From the NCBI GenBank assembly GCA_041180265.1, contig JBEGRY010000001.1, positions 1 through 53,070 on the forward strand: a DNA stretch of 53,070 nucleotides. Direction: 5' to 3'. Of this stretch, positions 9,504 to 18,804 are shown in pieces. The number at the start of each line of letters is the position of its first letter. Positions within the stretch are counted from its first letter, which is position 1. The stretch comes from Actinomycetota bacterium (GTDB lineage Bacteria > Actinomycetota > Actinomycetes > Actinomycetales > Microbacteriaceae). The notes beneath the pieces are model-generated. The model worked only from the letters and a program-made list of their open reading frames with translations. It ran no database searches and was not told the origin of the DNA. A program made the position numbers and the translations under genes.

Positions 9504-9573
9504 CTTGCCTCCAAAAGTTACGAGTTCTTTCCTGCAATTGTAAAGCCGCGCCAGCAAACGGTAGCCTTAGGGT

Positions 9574-10080
9574 ATGCAGAATTTCACACCAGTATCAGAT
9601 GCAACCGAAGCACTTCGAGCCAGTTTTAGATTGCACGCCTCAGGAGTATCGGTCATCACATTGGTGGACGAATCGGGAAAACCAGCCGGTTTCACCGCCA
9701 CGTCGATGACTTCACTGGGCGCCACCCCACCACTAGCTAGCTTCAATGTTGCCAGCGGCTCAAGCTCTTGGCCGGTGCTCAAGGGTTCGAAGTATGCAGC
9801 AATTCACACGCTGGGTGAAGGCAATATGGCCTTGGCACAAAAAATGGCTGCCGATCACACCTTGCGTTTCGCCGATGATGACTGGGCGTTCGGCCCTAAG
9901 GGTCTGCCAATTTTCAAAGATGCAACCTCGGTGCTAATTGTTGAAATTCGAGAGATTCACGCGGTTGAAAACAACGCTGTGGTTATCGTGAATATTTTGG
10001 AAGGGCTAGTCGGCCAACCGGCACCAGCATTGCTTTACTATCAGCGTCACTACATGACACTTGGTAAAACCCTTAACTAA
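9574..10080 (+). CDS. flavin reductase family protein
   Basis: FR..ASGVSVIT, GFTATS..S....PP and LLY motifs. TAGCCT lies 6 nt upstream of the start. Confidence 0.88.
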   Translation: MQNFTPVSDATEALRASFRLHASGVSVITLVDESGKPAGFTATSMTSLGATPPLASFNVASGSSSWPVLKGSKYAAIHTLGEGNMALAQKMAADHTLRFADDDWAFGPKGLPIFKDATSVLIVEIREIHAVENNAVVIVNILEGLVGQPAPALLYYQRHYMTLGKTLN

Positions 10081-13000
10081 TTAGTTTGTTGCCAGTGCTC
10101 TGGCACCCAGCAGCACCTTCAGTTCGCTAATCAATTCGACCGTAATTTTTACACGCGGCTGCAATTTGAACACTCGCTCGCCTGCCTCACCCACCAACTT
10201 CACCTGTACTTCTTCGGTTCCATCGTGGTTACGCAAAATGCGATCTAACTCTTCTAGGTTTTCCCTTGTGGCCTCGGCCTCTGGAATTCTCACCGATAGC
10301 GGTCCAGTCGCGCCGTCGTTGCCGCCTTCGATAATTTCGATCGAATATGCGTGCACGCTATTTCCGTCGTCACGCTGGCTAATGCGCCCGCGAATTACCG
10401 CCACCTGATCGGTCTCGAGGCCGCGTGCATACTCCTGATAGGTCTTGCCCATCAACATCACGTTAAGTTCTCCTTCGAAATCTTCAACCGTGACTGAACC
10501 GTATGGGTTTCCAGATGTGCGGGCAACCTTATGTAGCACCTGTGTAATCAGTCCGGCAATGATAACCGTCTCGCCATCGCGTAATGTTTCGCTAGCGGTT
10601 AGCTCACCGATTGACATCTGCGCGTATCGAGCCAACTGTGCTTCTCTTCCGGCCAACGGATGATCACTTACGTAAAGACCGAGCATGTCGCGCTCGTAAC
10701 TTAATTTCTCTTTCTTTGGCCACTCTGGGCGATCCGGCACTGAGCTGGCGAAAGAGTCATCGGCCATCGCATCGTCAAATAGTGAACCGAATAGATCTAC
10801 CTGACCTATCGCCTCGTTCTTCTTTAGCGATGCCTGAGAATCTACGGCCTCTTCGAAAATTTCAAATAGTGCGCGTCGGGTGTGCCCGAGCGAATCGAAG
10901 GCGCCGGCTTTGATCAACGATTCGACAACGCGCTTGGTGCAAGCAACGGCTGGAACCTTGCGAAGAAAATCGTGGAACGAAACGAATCGACCTTTTTCTT
11001 CACGGGCATTCTTGATACCTTCAACCACGTTCAAGCCGACATTGCGCACCGCACCCAGGCCAAAACGAATGTCCGCGCCCACCGCGCTAAATGCTGCGAT
11101 CGATTCATTCACATCTGGAGCAAGAACATTTATGCCCATGCGTCGACACTCACTCAGATACATTCCGAGTTTGTCTTTAGAATCTCCCACTGAGGTAAGC
11201 AACGCCGCCATGTATTCGGCTGGGTAATTGGCTTTTAGATAAGCGGTCCAATACGAAAGCACACCGTAGGCGGCACTGTGAGCGCGGTTGAACGCGTAGT
11301 CGGCAAATGGCAGCAGCGTGTCCCAGAGCGCCTTAACGGCCGCATCAGAATATCCGTTTGATTTCATACCAGCCGAGAACCCCTCGTACTGACGATCTAG
11401 CTCATCCTTGTCTTTCTTACCCATCGCACGACGAAGCAAGTCTGCTTTACCAAGGGTGAAACCAGCAGCCTTTTGCGCCGCGGCCATTACCTGCTCTTGG
11501 TAAACAATTAGTCCGTAAGTTGGATCTAGAACTTCTGAGAGCGACTCAGAGAGTTCTGGGTGAACCGAATCAACCTGTTGCTGACCATTTTTTCGCAGCG
11601 CATAGTTGGTATGAGAATTCATACCCATCGGACCCGGGCGATAAAGCGCGATAACCGCAGAGATATGTTCAAAAAGGGTTGGTTTTAGCAAACGCAACAA
11701 CGAGCGCATTGCGTTACCGTCGAGCTGAAAAACACCCAGCGTGTCACCCCTGGAAAGCAATTCAAAAGTTGCCTTGTCGGCGTCGAGGTCAAGGTCTTCG
11801 AGCACCACGGTCTCGCCGCGGTTGGTCTTGATGTTGGCCAGGGTGTCATCGAGCACGGTCAGGTTTCGAAGCCCTAAGAAGTCCATTTTCAAAAGGCCAA
11901 GCTTTTCACACGGCGGCTGATCGAACTGAGTGATAACCGCGCCATCGTCCTCTCGCTTCATGATTGGTATCACATCGATGAGCGGCTCGGCTGACATGAT
12001 CACACCGGCAGCGTGCACACCCCATTGGCGCTTGAGAGATTCCAAACCTTGCGCGAGTTCGAAAACCTTTGCTGAATCGCTATCGTTTTCGATCAGTTCA
12101 CGAAAATCCGCGGCTTCTTTGTATCGCTCCGATTTTTTGTCAATCAGATCATTAAGCGCAACATCACGGCCAAGAACCATTGGCGGCATAGCCTTGGTAA
12201 GTTTTTCGCCAACCGCATAAGGCATGGCCAGCACACGACCGGCGTCCTTAATTGCCTGCTTCGCTTTGATGGTGCCGAAAGTGACAATCTGAGCCACGCG
12301 ATCATCGCCGTATTTTTCAGATACGTAGCGAATGACTTCACCGCGACGACGATCGTCGAAGTCAACATCGATGTCGGGCATCGAGACACGCTCTGGGTTC
12401 AGAAAGCGCTCGAAAATCAATCCGTGTTTAACCGGGTCAAGTTCGGTGATGCCGAGTGCATAAGCAACGATCGAACCGGCTGCGGAACCACGCCCTGGGC
12501 CTACGCGAATGCCCTGCGCTCTCGCCCAGGCGATGAAGTCGGCAACCACCAAGAAGTAGCCAGGGAAACCCATTTGCTTAATGACTTCGACTTCATACGA
12601 GACCTGCTTAGCCTGCTCTACCGGCACCTCGCCCTTGTAGCGGCGCTGCATTCCGGCCGTAACCTCTTGCTCAAACCAGGTTGCCTCGGTGTGGCCCTCT
12701 GGCACCGGAAAACGCGGCATCAATTCGAGTTCCTTAAATTGCACATCGCAGCGCTCGGCAATTAGCAGGGTGTTGTCGCAGGCTTCGGGGTGATCGGCGA
12801 ATAGAGCACGCATCTGCGCCGGTGTCTTCAGATAAAACTCTTGTGAATCGAAACGGAATCGATTTGGATCAATAAGAGTCGAGCCCGATTGCACACAAAG
12901 CAAAGCCTCGTGAGCTGCGGCGTCAGCAGCGTGCGTGTAGTGCAAGTCGTTAGTAGCCAACAGCGGCATGTCAAGTTCTTTGGCTAGCTGCAGCAGATCT

Positions 13001-13614
13001 TTCATGGTGCGACGTTCGATGTCTAAGCCGTGATCCATGATTTCGGCGTAGAAATTCTGCTTGCCAAAAATATCCTGAAATTCCGCGGCCGCTTTTTTCG
13101 CCTCGTCGTATTGACCAAGTCGAAGTCGCGTTTGAATCTCGCCAGACACACAACCCGTGGTGGCAATTATTCCCTTGCCGTAGGTCTGCAATAGCTCGCG
13201 GTCCATGCGCGGCTTGAAGTAGAAACCTTCTAGCCATGCCTTCGACGACATGCGAAATAGGTTGTACATGCCTTCGGTGTTTTCGGCGAACATTGTCATG
13301 TGCGTGAAGGCGCCACCACCAGAAATGTCATCTTCGCCGCCACTGCCCCAACGAACTCGGTTTCGATCTTGACGTGCGGTACCCGGTGAAAGGTATGCTT
13401 CGATACCGATGATTGGTTTTATGCCGGCGGATTTTGCAGTTTTATAAAAGTCGAATGCACCGAAGTTGTTTCCGTGATCGGTGATACCGATTGCCGACAT
13501 GCCCTGCTCTAGGGCTGCTTCGATTAAGGGTTTTACTCTGGCCGCGCCATCGAGCATTGAATATTCGGTGTGCACATGAAGGTGGACGAATGAATCACTT
13601 GAATTGCCAGACAT
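10081..13614 (-). CDS. dnaE: DNA polymerase III alpha subunit
   Basis: PHP HLHVHTEYS, GRGSAAGS, catalytic PDIDVDF, KMDFLGL and a C-terminal OB fold. Confidence 0.98.
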   Translation of the reverse strand: MSGNSSDSFVHLHVHTEYSMLDGAARVKPLIEAALEQGMSAIGITDHGNNFGAFDFYKTAKSAGIKPIIGIEAYLSPGTARQDRNRVRWGSGGEDDISGGGAFTHMTMFAENTEGMYNLFRMSSKAWLEGFYFKPRMDRELLQTYGKGIIATTGCVSGEIQTRLRLGQYDEAKKAAAEFQDIFGKQNFYAEIMDHGLDIERRTMKDLLQLAKELDMPLLATNDLHYTHAADAAAHEALLCVQSGSTLIDPNRFRFDSQEFYLKTPAQMRALFADHPEACDNTLLIAERCDVQFKELELMPRFPVPEGHTEATWFEQEVTAGMQRRYKGEVPVEQAKQVSYEVEVIKQMGFPGYFLVVADFIAWARAQGIRVGPGRGSAAGSIVAYALGITELDPVKHGLIFERFLNPERVSMPDIDVDFDDRRRGEVIRYVSEKYGDDRVAQIVTFGTIKAKQAIKDAGRVLAMPYAVGEKLTKAMPPMVLGRDVALNDLIDKKSERYKEAADFRELIENDSDSAKVFELAQGLESLKRQWGVHAAGVIMSAEPLIDVIPIMKREDDGAVITQFDQPPCEKLGLLKMDFLGLRNLTVLDDTLANIKTNRGETVVLEDLDLDADKATFELLSRGDTLGVFQLDGNAMRSLLRLLKPTLFEHISAVIALYRPGPMGMNSHTNYALRKNGQQQVDSVHPELSESLSEVLDPTYGLIVYQEQVMAAAQKAAGFTLGKADLLRRAMGKKDKDELDRQYEGFSAGMKSNGYSDAAVKALWDTLLPFADYAFNRAHSAAYGVLSYWTAYLKANYPAEYMAALLTSVGDSKDKLGMYLSECRRMGINVLAPDVNESIAAFSAVGADIRFGLGAVRNVGLNVVEGIKNAREEKGRFVSFHDFLRKVPAVACTKRVVESLIKAGAFDSLGHTRRALFEIFEEAVDSQASLKKNEAIGQVDLFGSLFDDAMADDSFASSVPDRPEWPKKEKLSYERDMLGLYVSDHPLAGREAQLARYAQMSIGELTASETLRDGETVIIAGLITQVLHKVARTSGNPYGSVTVEDFEGELNVMLMGKTYQEYARGLETDQVAVIRGRISQRDDGNSVHAYSIEIIEGGNDGATGPLSVRIPEAEATRENLEELDRILRNHDGTEEVQVKLVGEAGERVFKLQPRVKITVELISELKVLLGARALATN

Positions 13615-13674
13615 GGCGACCTTCCTGTAGCTGTGTGACCGAACCTCAAGGAACAGATTGGGCGGAACACCAGA

Positions 13675-14598
13675 CTAGCCGCGAAGAACGTCCAATGCGT
13701 GCACCAACTCGCTCGGGTACTCTGAGGTGAATTCCACGTGCTTACCAGTAATCGGGTGATCGAAACTTAGCCTCACTGCATGCAGCCACTGGCGGTCTAG
13801 GCCAAGCTTGGCGGCCAGTTTAGGGTCGGCGCCATACATAGTGTCACCAACGAGGGGGTGACGAAAGGCTGAGAAATGCACCCGGATTTGATGCGTGCGA
13901 CCGGTCTCTAGCACTATCTCAACCAGCGACGCGGCCGGAAAGGCCTCGATGGTTTCGTAGTGCGTAACCGAGGGCTTGCCATCGTTTCGCACCGCGAATT
14001 TGAATTCGGATTTTGGGTGACGCCCAAGCGGCGCATCGAAGGTACCGGCAAGCGGATCGGCCAGACCTTGAATGACCGCGTGATAAACCTTGTGCACCGC
14101 GCGATCACGAAAGGCCTGCTTCATTTTCGAGTAGGCCAGTTCTGATTTGGCCAACATCATAAGTCCACTGGTTCCGGCATCTAGACGCTGAACGATGCCT
14201 TGCCGCTCTTGCGCACCAGAAGTAGTTATCGTCACCCCAAGCGCAGCCAGTGCTCCGGGAACCGTGGCGTCTCGCCAATTTACCGAAGGGTGTGATGCAA
14301 CACCAGCCGGTTTGTCGACAACAATGATGTCTTGGTCTTGGTAAACAATCTTGAAGCCAGGTACCTCGGTTGGCACAACCTCAAGCAGATCACGTTTTTC
14401 GACGATAACTACTTCTAGCATTGCGTCGGCGATTAAGGAATCTGACTTTGACAGCACTTTTGAATTCTGTGAAACGAGTCCCTGCTCAAGTAAATCGGCG
14501 ACGGCAGAGCGAGACAAACCCATCAGCTTTGCCAAACCTGCGTCAGCTCTTGAATCGTGCAAACCCGATGGAACCGGCAGATGCTTAATTTCGCTCAT
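13675..14598 (-). CDS. rluD: RluA/RluD family pseudouridine synthase
   Basis: S4 domain, VDKPAG, VQRLDAGTSG and GRTHQIRVH motifs. Follows lspA. Confidence 0.9.
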   Translation of the reverse strand: MSEIKHLPVPSGLHDSRADAGLAKLMGLSRSAVADLLEQGLVSQNSKVLSKSDSLIADAMLEVVIVEKRDLLEVVPTEVPGFKIVYQDQDIIVVDKPAGVASHPSVNWRDATVPGALAALGVTITTSGAQERQGIVQRLDAGTSGLMMLAKSELAYSKMKQAFRDRAVHKVYHAVIQGLADPLAGTFDAPLGRHPKSEFKFAVRNDGKPSVTHYETIEAFPAASLVEIVLETGRTHQIRVHFSAFRHPLVGDTMYGADPKLAAKLGLDRQWLHAVRLSFDHPITGKHVEFTSEYPSELVHALDVLRG

Positions 14599-15094
14599 TA
14601 GCTTTGGTACCAATTTTGTCGCCGCGCATTATTCGAATCACAGTCAGCGAGCAGATAGTCACGATTGCCATGTCGGCGATGTTAAAGATTGGAAAGTTGA
14701 AAGGAATCTGTATGTAGTCAATTACATGACCAACTGCAAAGCCAGGCTCACGAGTCAAGCGATCTATTAGGTTTCCTACGACGCCGCCGAGCAAAATGCC
14801 GCCCATTATTGCCCAACCGATAGTTTGAATTTTGAAGCTGTACCAAATAAGTGCTAGCGCAGCCAACGAACTAATAATGCTGAATATCCAGGTAGCACCA
14901 AAACCAATCGAGAACGCAGCCGAATCATTTGCAGTCAAGTTCAAGCGCACCAAAGAACCAATGAAGTCAACCGGAACGCCCGGAGTCAGGTTTGCAATTG
15001 CAAGGTTCTTTACAGCTTGGTCAATCAAAATCACAAGCCAGGCGCACAGCAGCAGCACAAACTGCCTAAAACTTCTTGATCTAAACAGGTTCAC
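14585..15094 (-). CDS. lspA: signal peptidase II
   Basis: DQ..K, N...AFS, GN.IDR, VIDY and FNIAD motifs. Confidence 0.95.
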   Translation of the reverse strand: MNLFRSRSFRQFVLLLCAWLVILIDQAVKNLAIANLTPGVPVDFIGSLVRLNLTANDSAAFSIGFGATWIFSIISSLAALALIWYSFKIQTIGWAIMGGILLGGVVGNLIDRLTREPGFAVGHVIDYIQIPFNFPIFNIADMAIVTICSLTVIRIMRGDKIGTKANERN

Positions 15095-15098
15095 TTAT

Positions 15099-15794
15099 TT
15101 AGTTTGAACCGGTGTAACCGTTGGCGTCATAACCGCTTGGGGTCTGCCCAAAGTTGAAGCCGCCCTCAATTGCGGTGGTATGACGCTCGGTAGGTGCAGC
15201 GGTCGACTCTTCTAGATCGGCAAGTTGGTTTTCGATATACGCCTTTAGCTTTAGTCGATACTCGCGCTCGAAGCTGCGAAGCTCTTGAATGCGGTGTTCG
15301 ATCAAAGCCTTTTCTTGTTCTAGACGAGACATGTCGGCGCGCTGTTGCGCTTCTGCCTCGCGCACTACGCGAGCCGCGGTTGCGTGCCCCTCGGCAATAA
15401 GTGCATCGCGTTTTGAAAGACCTTCGCGAACGTGTTCCTCGTGCAGCTTTCGAGCCAACTGCAACAGGTTGTTGGTGTTACTGGTATCCAAGGTCGATGG
15501 GTCGGCGGTTGCCTCAGGGAATGCGCTTACCTGTGCTGCCGGTGCAACCAGGGCGCTCTCTGCAGTTGGAGTGTTGATCTCGGCAACTAGGCCAGCTCCG
15601 CTGCGCTGCAGTTCGGCAATTCTTGATTCAGAGGCAAGCAAACGCTGACGCAGGTCTTCGTTCTCTTGATTTAGTCGACGAAGTTCAACGACGATTTCGT
15701 CGAGAAAATCATCAACTTCGTCTTGGTCGTAGCCTTCGCGAAACTTAGTTGGCTGGAATCTCTTATTGACAACGTCTTCTGGAGTCAACGGCAT
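15099..15794 (-). CDS. divIVA: DivIVA/Wag31 polar growth scaffold
   Basis: LTPEDV..KRF.....EGYDQDEVD.FLD N-terminus, coiled coils and FEREYR. Confidence 0.95.
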   Translation of the reverse strand: MPLTPEDVVNKRFQPTKFREGYDQDEVDDFLDEIVVELRRLNQENEDLRQRLLASESRIAELQRSGAGLVAEINTPTAESALVAPAAQVSAFPEATADPSTLDTSNTNNLLQLARKLHEEHVREGLSKRDALIAEGHATAARVVREAEAQQRADMSRLEQEKALIEHRIQELRSFEREYRLKLKAYIENQLADLEESTAAPTERHTTAIEGGFNFGQTPSGYDANGYTGSN

Positions 15795-15856
15795 ATTCTT
15801 TACCTCTTTTAGTAGCTAGGCCGACGGGGACGCGGCCTCTAAAAGGTTACCGTAAG

Positions 15857-16135
15857 TTAGCGAACCAGGGATTGTAGGAAAAATACTGCAAAAACAAGCA
15901 CTGTCCAGCCCAAATCCAACTGAAATCCGCCAAATTTAAGCGTTGGAATGATGCGGCGCATAATCTTGAGCGGCGGATCAGTGACAGTCAGCACAATTTC
16001 AAAAACCACCAGGATAATCCCACGCGGGCGAAAAGCTGGGTTAGCCGAAAGCACCAGGTCGATAACTAGGCGGCCTAGCAACAAATAGAAAAAGACCTCA
16101 AGCAGCCACCAAAGGGCAAATGCTATGAGGTCCAT
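15857..16135 (-). CDS. yggT: YggT family membrane protein (SepG/YlmG)
   Basis: TDPPL...RRIIP....GG..LDL motif, between sepF and divIVA. Confidence 0.92.
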   Translation of the reverse strand: MDLIAFALWWLLEVFFYLLLGRLVIDLVLSANPAFRPRGIILVVFEIVLTVTDPPLKIMRRIIPTLKFGGFQLDLGWTVLVFAVFFLQSLVR

Positions 16136-16147
16136 TTCTAAAAGTTA

Positions 16148-16576
16148 TTACGGACGAACAATTAGGTCGTCTGAGTGCTCTTGCTCGTCATCCTCGTTGT
16201 TTACAGCAACGTGATTCGGAGTGAGCAAGAAAACTTTAGGAGTCACGCGCTTTAGGTGACCCTCAAGACCTTCTTTTAGGCCAAGCATGAAATCAAGCAT
16301 GCGGCGAGAGTCAACCTCTGACATGCCGCCCATGTTCACGATTACTGGAATACCTAGACGGTAGTTGGCAGCAACCTCCGGTGCCTCTGAGTAGCTCATC
16401 GGCTCGATTGTGTAAATCTCGTTAACTTCGGCAACGCCACGACGAGGGCGCATCGGTGTGATGCGAGCCGCTGGGCGTGATTCGCCGGCTGGAGCAGCCA
16501 CCGGACGTGGCGGAAGTGCTTCGGCTTCGTCAGCCAGGCCAAGCCAGCCTGAAACCTGTGAAATTAGACCTGCCAT
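16148..16576 (-). CDS. sepF: cell division protein SepF
   Basis: P.SY.EA, G.PVIVNM, RMLDF..GL...L.G and VFLLTP motifs with an N-terminal amphipathic helix. Confidence 0.92.
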   Translation of the reverse strand: MAGLISQVSGWLGLADEAEALPPRPVAAPAGESRPAARITPMRPRRGVAEVNEIYTIEPMSYSEAPEVAANYRLGIPVIVNMGGMSEVDSRRMLDFMLGLKEGLEGHLKRVTPKVFLLTPNHVAVNNEDDEQEHSDDLIVRP

Positions 16577-16615
16577 GTTTACCCTCCTGAGGATTATTAC
16601 CTCTCCAGAATATGG

Positions 16616-17305
16616 CTAATACTGGCGATTTCCAGTGATTGCGGAACCGATGCGCAAGTGTGTCGCGCCGTACTTAATTGCCACTTCGAAGTCCTCGGAC
16701 ATGCCGGCAGAGATGTATTTGGCAGCCGGGTGCAGTGCCTGTAGGTCGGAGCTGGCCGCCCTAATGGTCTCGAAATCAATCGCAGGGTCCCGATCTAGCG
16801 CTGCAACCCCCATTACCCCGAGCAAATTCAGATTTGGGGTGGCCAGCACTTTCTCGGCGAATGGCTTTAGAGCAGCCGGTTGGATTCCTCCGCGGCCCGA
16901 ATCTTCGGTGAGGTTCAGCTGAATGAATACATCGAGTTGGCTAGTGCGCATCTCCACTGCTTTTTGCAGAGCCTGCAGTAAAGATTCACGATCGAGCGAG
17001 TGAATTACCGATGCATATTCGAGAGCGGATTTAACCTTGTTGCTTTGCAGCTGACCAACGAAGTGCCAGCGGTAGTCGCGCCCAACGGAAGCCGCAGCAA
17101 CTTCAAGTGCTTTCGGTTTTGCCTCTTGATCACGATTCTCGCCGAAATTTGTTGCGCCCAAATCAAGTAGCTCGAGCACCAGACTGGCTGGGTGATTTTT
17201 TGTGATTACTACAAGCTCAATTGCATCGCGGTTGCGACCGGCCGATGATGCGGCCGAGTCAATGCGAGATGAAATCGCGCAGTAGCGTTCAGCTAAAGAT
17301 GTCAC
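16616..17305 (-). CDS. yggS: YggS family PLP homeostasis protein
   Basis: ITK, FGENR.QE, WHFVGQLQSNK, GMSEDF and RIGS motifs. Confidence 0.95.
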   Translation of the reverse strand: MTSLAERYCAISSRIDSAASSAGRNRDAIELVVITKNHPASLVLELLDLGATNFGENRDQEAKPKALEVAAASVGRDYRWHFVGQLQSNKVKSALEYASVIHSLDRESLLQALQKAVEMRTSQLDVFIQLNLTEDSGRGGIQPAALKPFAEKVLATPNLNLLGVMGVAALDRDPAIDFETIRAASSDLQALHPAAKYISAGMSEDFEVAIKYGATHLRIGSAITGNRQY

Positions 17306-17349
17306 GAACCAAACCGCTTAGCTTTTTAAGCGCACCCTGCGGTTGCGAA

Positions 17350-18639
17350 TTAGCGTAAGAAGTCTGGGATGTCGAGGTCATCGCCCCAGGTTCCGTCGGC
17401 TGACTGAGCAGGTCGTCCGTTACCAAAAACTCTGTCTCGATCTGCTGGTTCTCCAGCGGCGCTGGGCGCTTTACTTTGGAACTCATCATCGAGGTTGCGA
17501 TTCGCAAACGCTGCAGGTACCTGCTCGCCGGCAAACTGTGATTCAACATCGACAACGTCAATTGAAGCTGTCTCTGGAACTCCAGCATCAGCGAACCATG
17601 AAGTGCTCGAGGTTGTAGTCGGTGCAGGCGCAACTGGCTCTGCCATTACTGGCTCGGCAAACGGCTTGCGTTCTACTTTGCGAACCTTTGGCTGACCACC
17701 ATCGAAACCAGCAGCGATAACAGTGATGCGAACCTCGTCGCCAAGCGTGTCGTCGATTGTGGTTCCGTAAATGATGTTTGCTTCTGGGCTGACTGCCTCT
17801 TGCACCAAACGTGCGGCCTCGTCGATTTCGTGCAGACCGAGATCTGACGCACCCTGAACCAACAACAGCACACCGTGTGCGCCATCGATGCTTGCTTCAA
17901 GCAACGGTGATGAAACCGCAAGCTCTGCCGCACGAACAGCACGGTCTTCACCCTTGGCAGTTCCAATACCCATTAGTGCCGAACCGGCACCCTTCATAAC
18001 TGATTTCACGTCGGCGAAGTCAAGGTTGATCAAACCTGGTGTGGTGATTAGATCGGTGATGCCCTGAACACCTGAACGAAGAACATCATCTGCGGTTGCA
18101 AATGCTTCGACAACCGAAACCGACTTGTTCGCTAGCTCTAGTAGACGCTGGTTAGGAACGACGATCAGTGTGTCGACCTCATTGCGCAAAACTTCAATAC
18201 CCTGCTCAGCCTGTTGTGCGCGTCGCTTTCCTTCGAAACCGAATGGCTTGGTAACCACACCAACGGTCAACGCGTCTAGCTGTTTTGCAATTCTTGCCAC
18301 GACCGGAGCCGCTCCGGTTCCGGTGCCACCGCCTTCACCGGCGGTTACGAAAATCATGTCTGCACCACGAAGTGCCGCTTCGATTTCATCCGAGTGGTCT
18401 TCTGCTGCACGGCGACCAATTTCAGGATCGGCACCAGCACCCAAACCGCGAGTTAGGTCGCGACCTATGTCTAGCTTCACGTGTGCTTCGCTCATCAATA
18501 GGGCTTGGGCGTCGGTGTTGATTGCCACGAATTCAACTCCGCGCAGTCCGGCCTCGATCATGCGGTTCAGTGCGTTAACACCACCACCACCGACACCAAC
18601 AACCTTGATTACCGCTAGGTAGTTCTGATTCAGACCCAC
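17350..18639 (-). CDS. ftsZ: cell division protein FtsZ
   Basis: GGGGVN, GGGTGTG tubulin signature, NLDFADV and C-terminal DLDIPDFL. Confidence 0.99.
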   Translation of the reverse strand: MGLNQNYLAVIKVVGVGGGGVNALNRMIEAGLRGVEFVAINTDAQALLMSEAHVKLDIGRDLTRGLGAGADPEIGRRAAEDHSDEIEAALRGADMIFVTAGEGGGTGTGAAPVVARIAKQLDALTVGVVTKPFGFEGKRRAQQAEQGIEVLRNEVDTLIVVPNQRLLELANKSVSVVEAFATADDVLRSGVQGITDLITTPGLINLDFADVKSVMKGAGSALMGIGTAKGEDRAVRAAELAVSSPLLEASIDGAHGVLLLVQGASDLGLHEIDEAARLVQEAVSPEANIIYGTTIDDTLGDEVRITVIAAGFDGGQPKVRKVERKPFAEPVMAEPVAPAPTTTSSTSWFADAGVPETASIDVVDVESQFAGEQVPAAFANRNLDDEFQSKAPSAAGEPADRDRVFGNGRPAQSADGTWGDDLDIPDFLR

Positions 18640-18696
18640 GCTATTCCTCTACTTTCGCTTCACACTGCCGAGACAGTTTGGGCAAAGTGCGAAACA

Positions 18697-18719
18697 TTCA
18701 ACCTCAGGGTGAGGCTTAA
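18697..18719. promoter_or_regulatory. imperfect palindrome in the ftsZ promoter, candidate FtsR (Rv1828-family) site
   Basis: TTCAACCTCA-GGG-TGAGGCTTAA with 8 of 10 arm positions pairing, next to a minus-strand TAACTT -10 (18720-18725). Confidence 0.6.
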
Positions 18720-18789
18720 AGTTACGCTGTTTTATTACTTTGCGCGAAAAAAATACGGCTAAACCCTGCCTAGTTCTTGGAACTTGCGA

Positions 18790-18798
18790 GGTGTGTCG
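18790..18798 (-). promoter_or_regulatory. GACAC (WhiA-type) box upstream of ftsZ
   Basis: CGACACACC on the minus strand in the ftsQ-ftsZ gap. Confidence 0.45.
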
Positions 18799-18804
18799 AA
18801 AGGT

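Noticed and set aside
9504-9557. Longer N-terminus for hisD; similar extensions for rluD, murF, DUF3040 and pyc
   Set aside because: Downstream starts have SD sequences or stop-start overlaps and match family N-termini.
10081-13614. Intein or split in dnaE
   Set aside because: The length is normal (1177 aa), the motifs are contiguous, and there are no intein block signatures.
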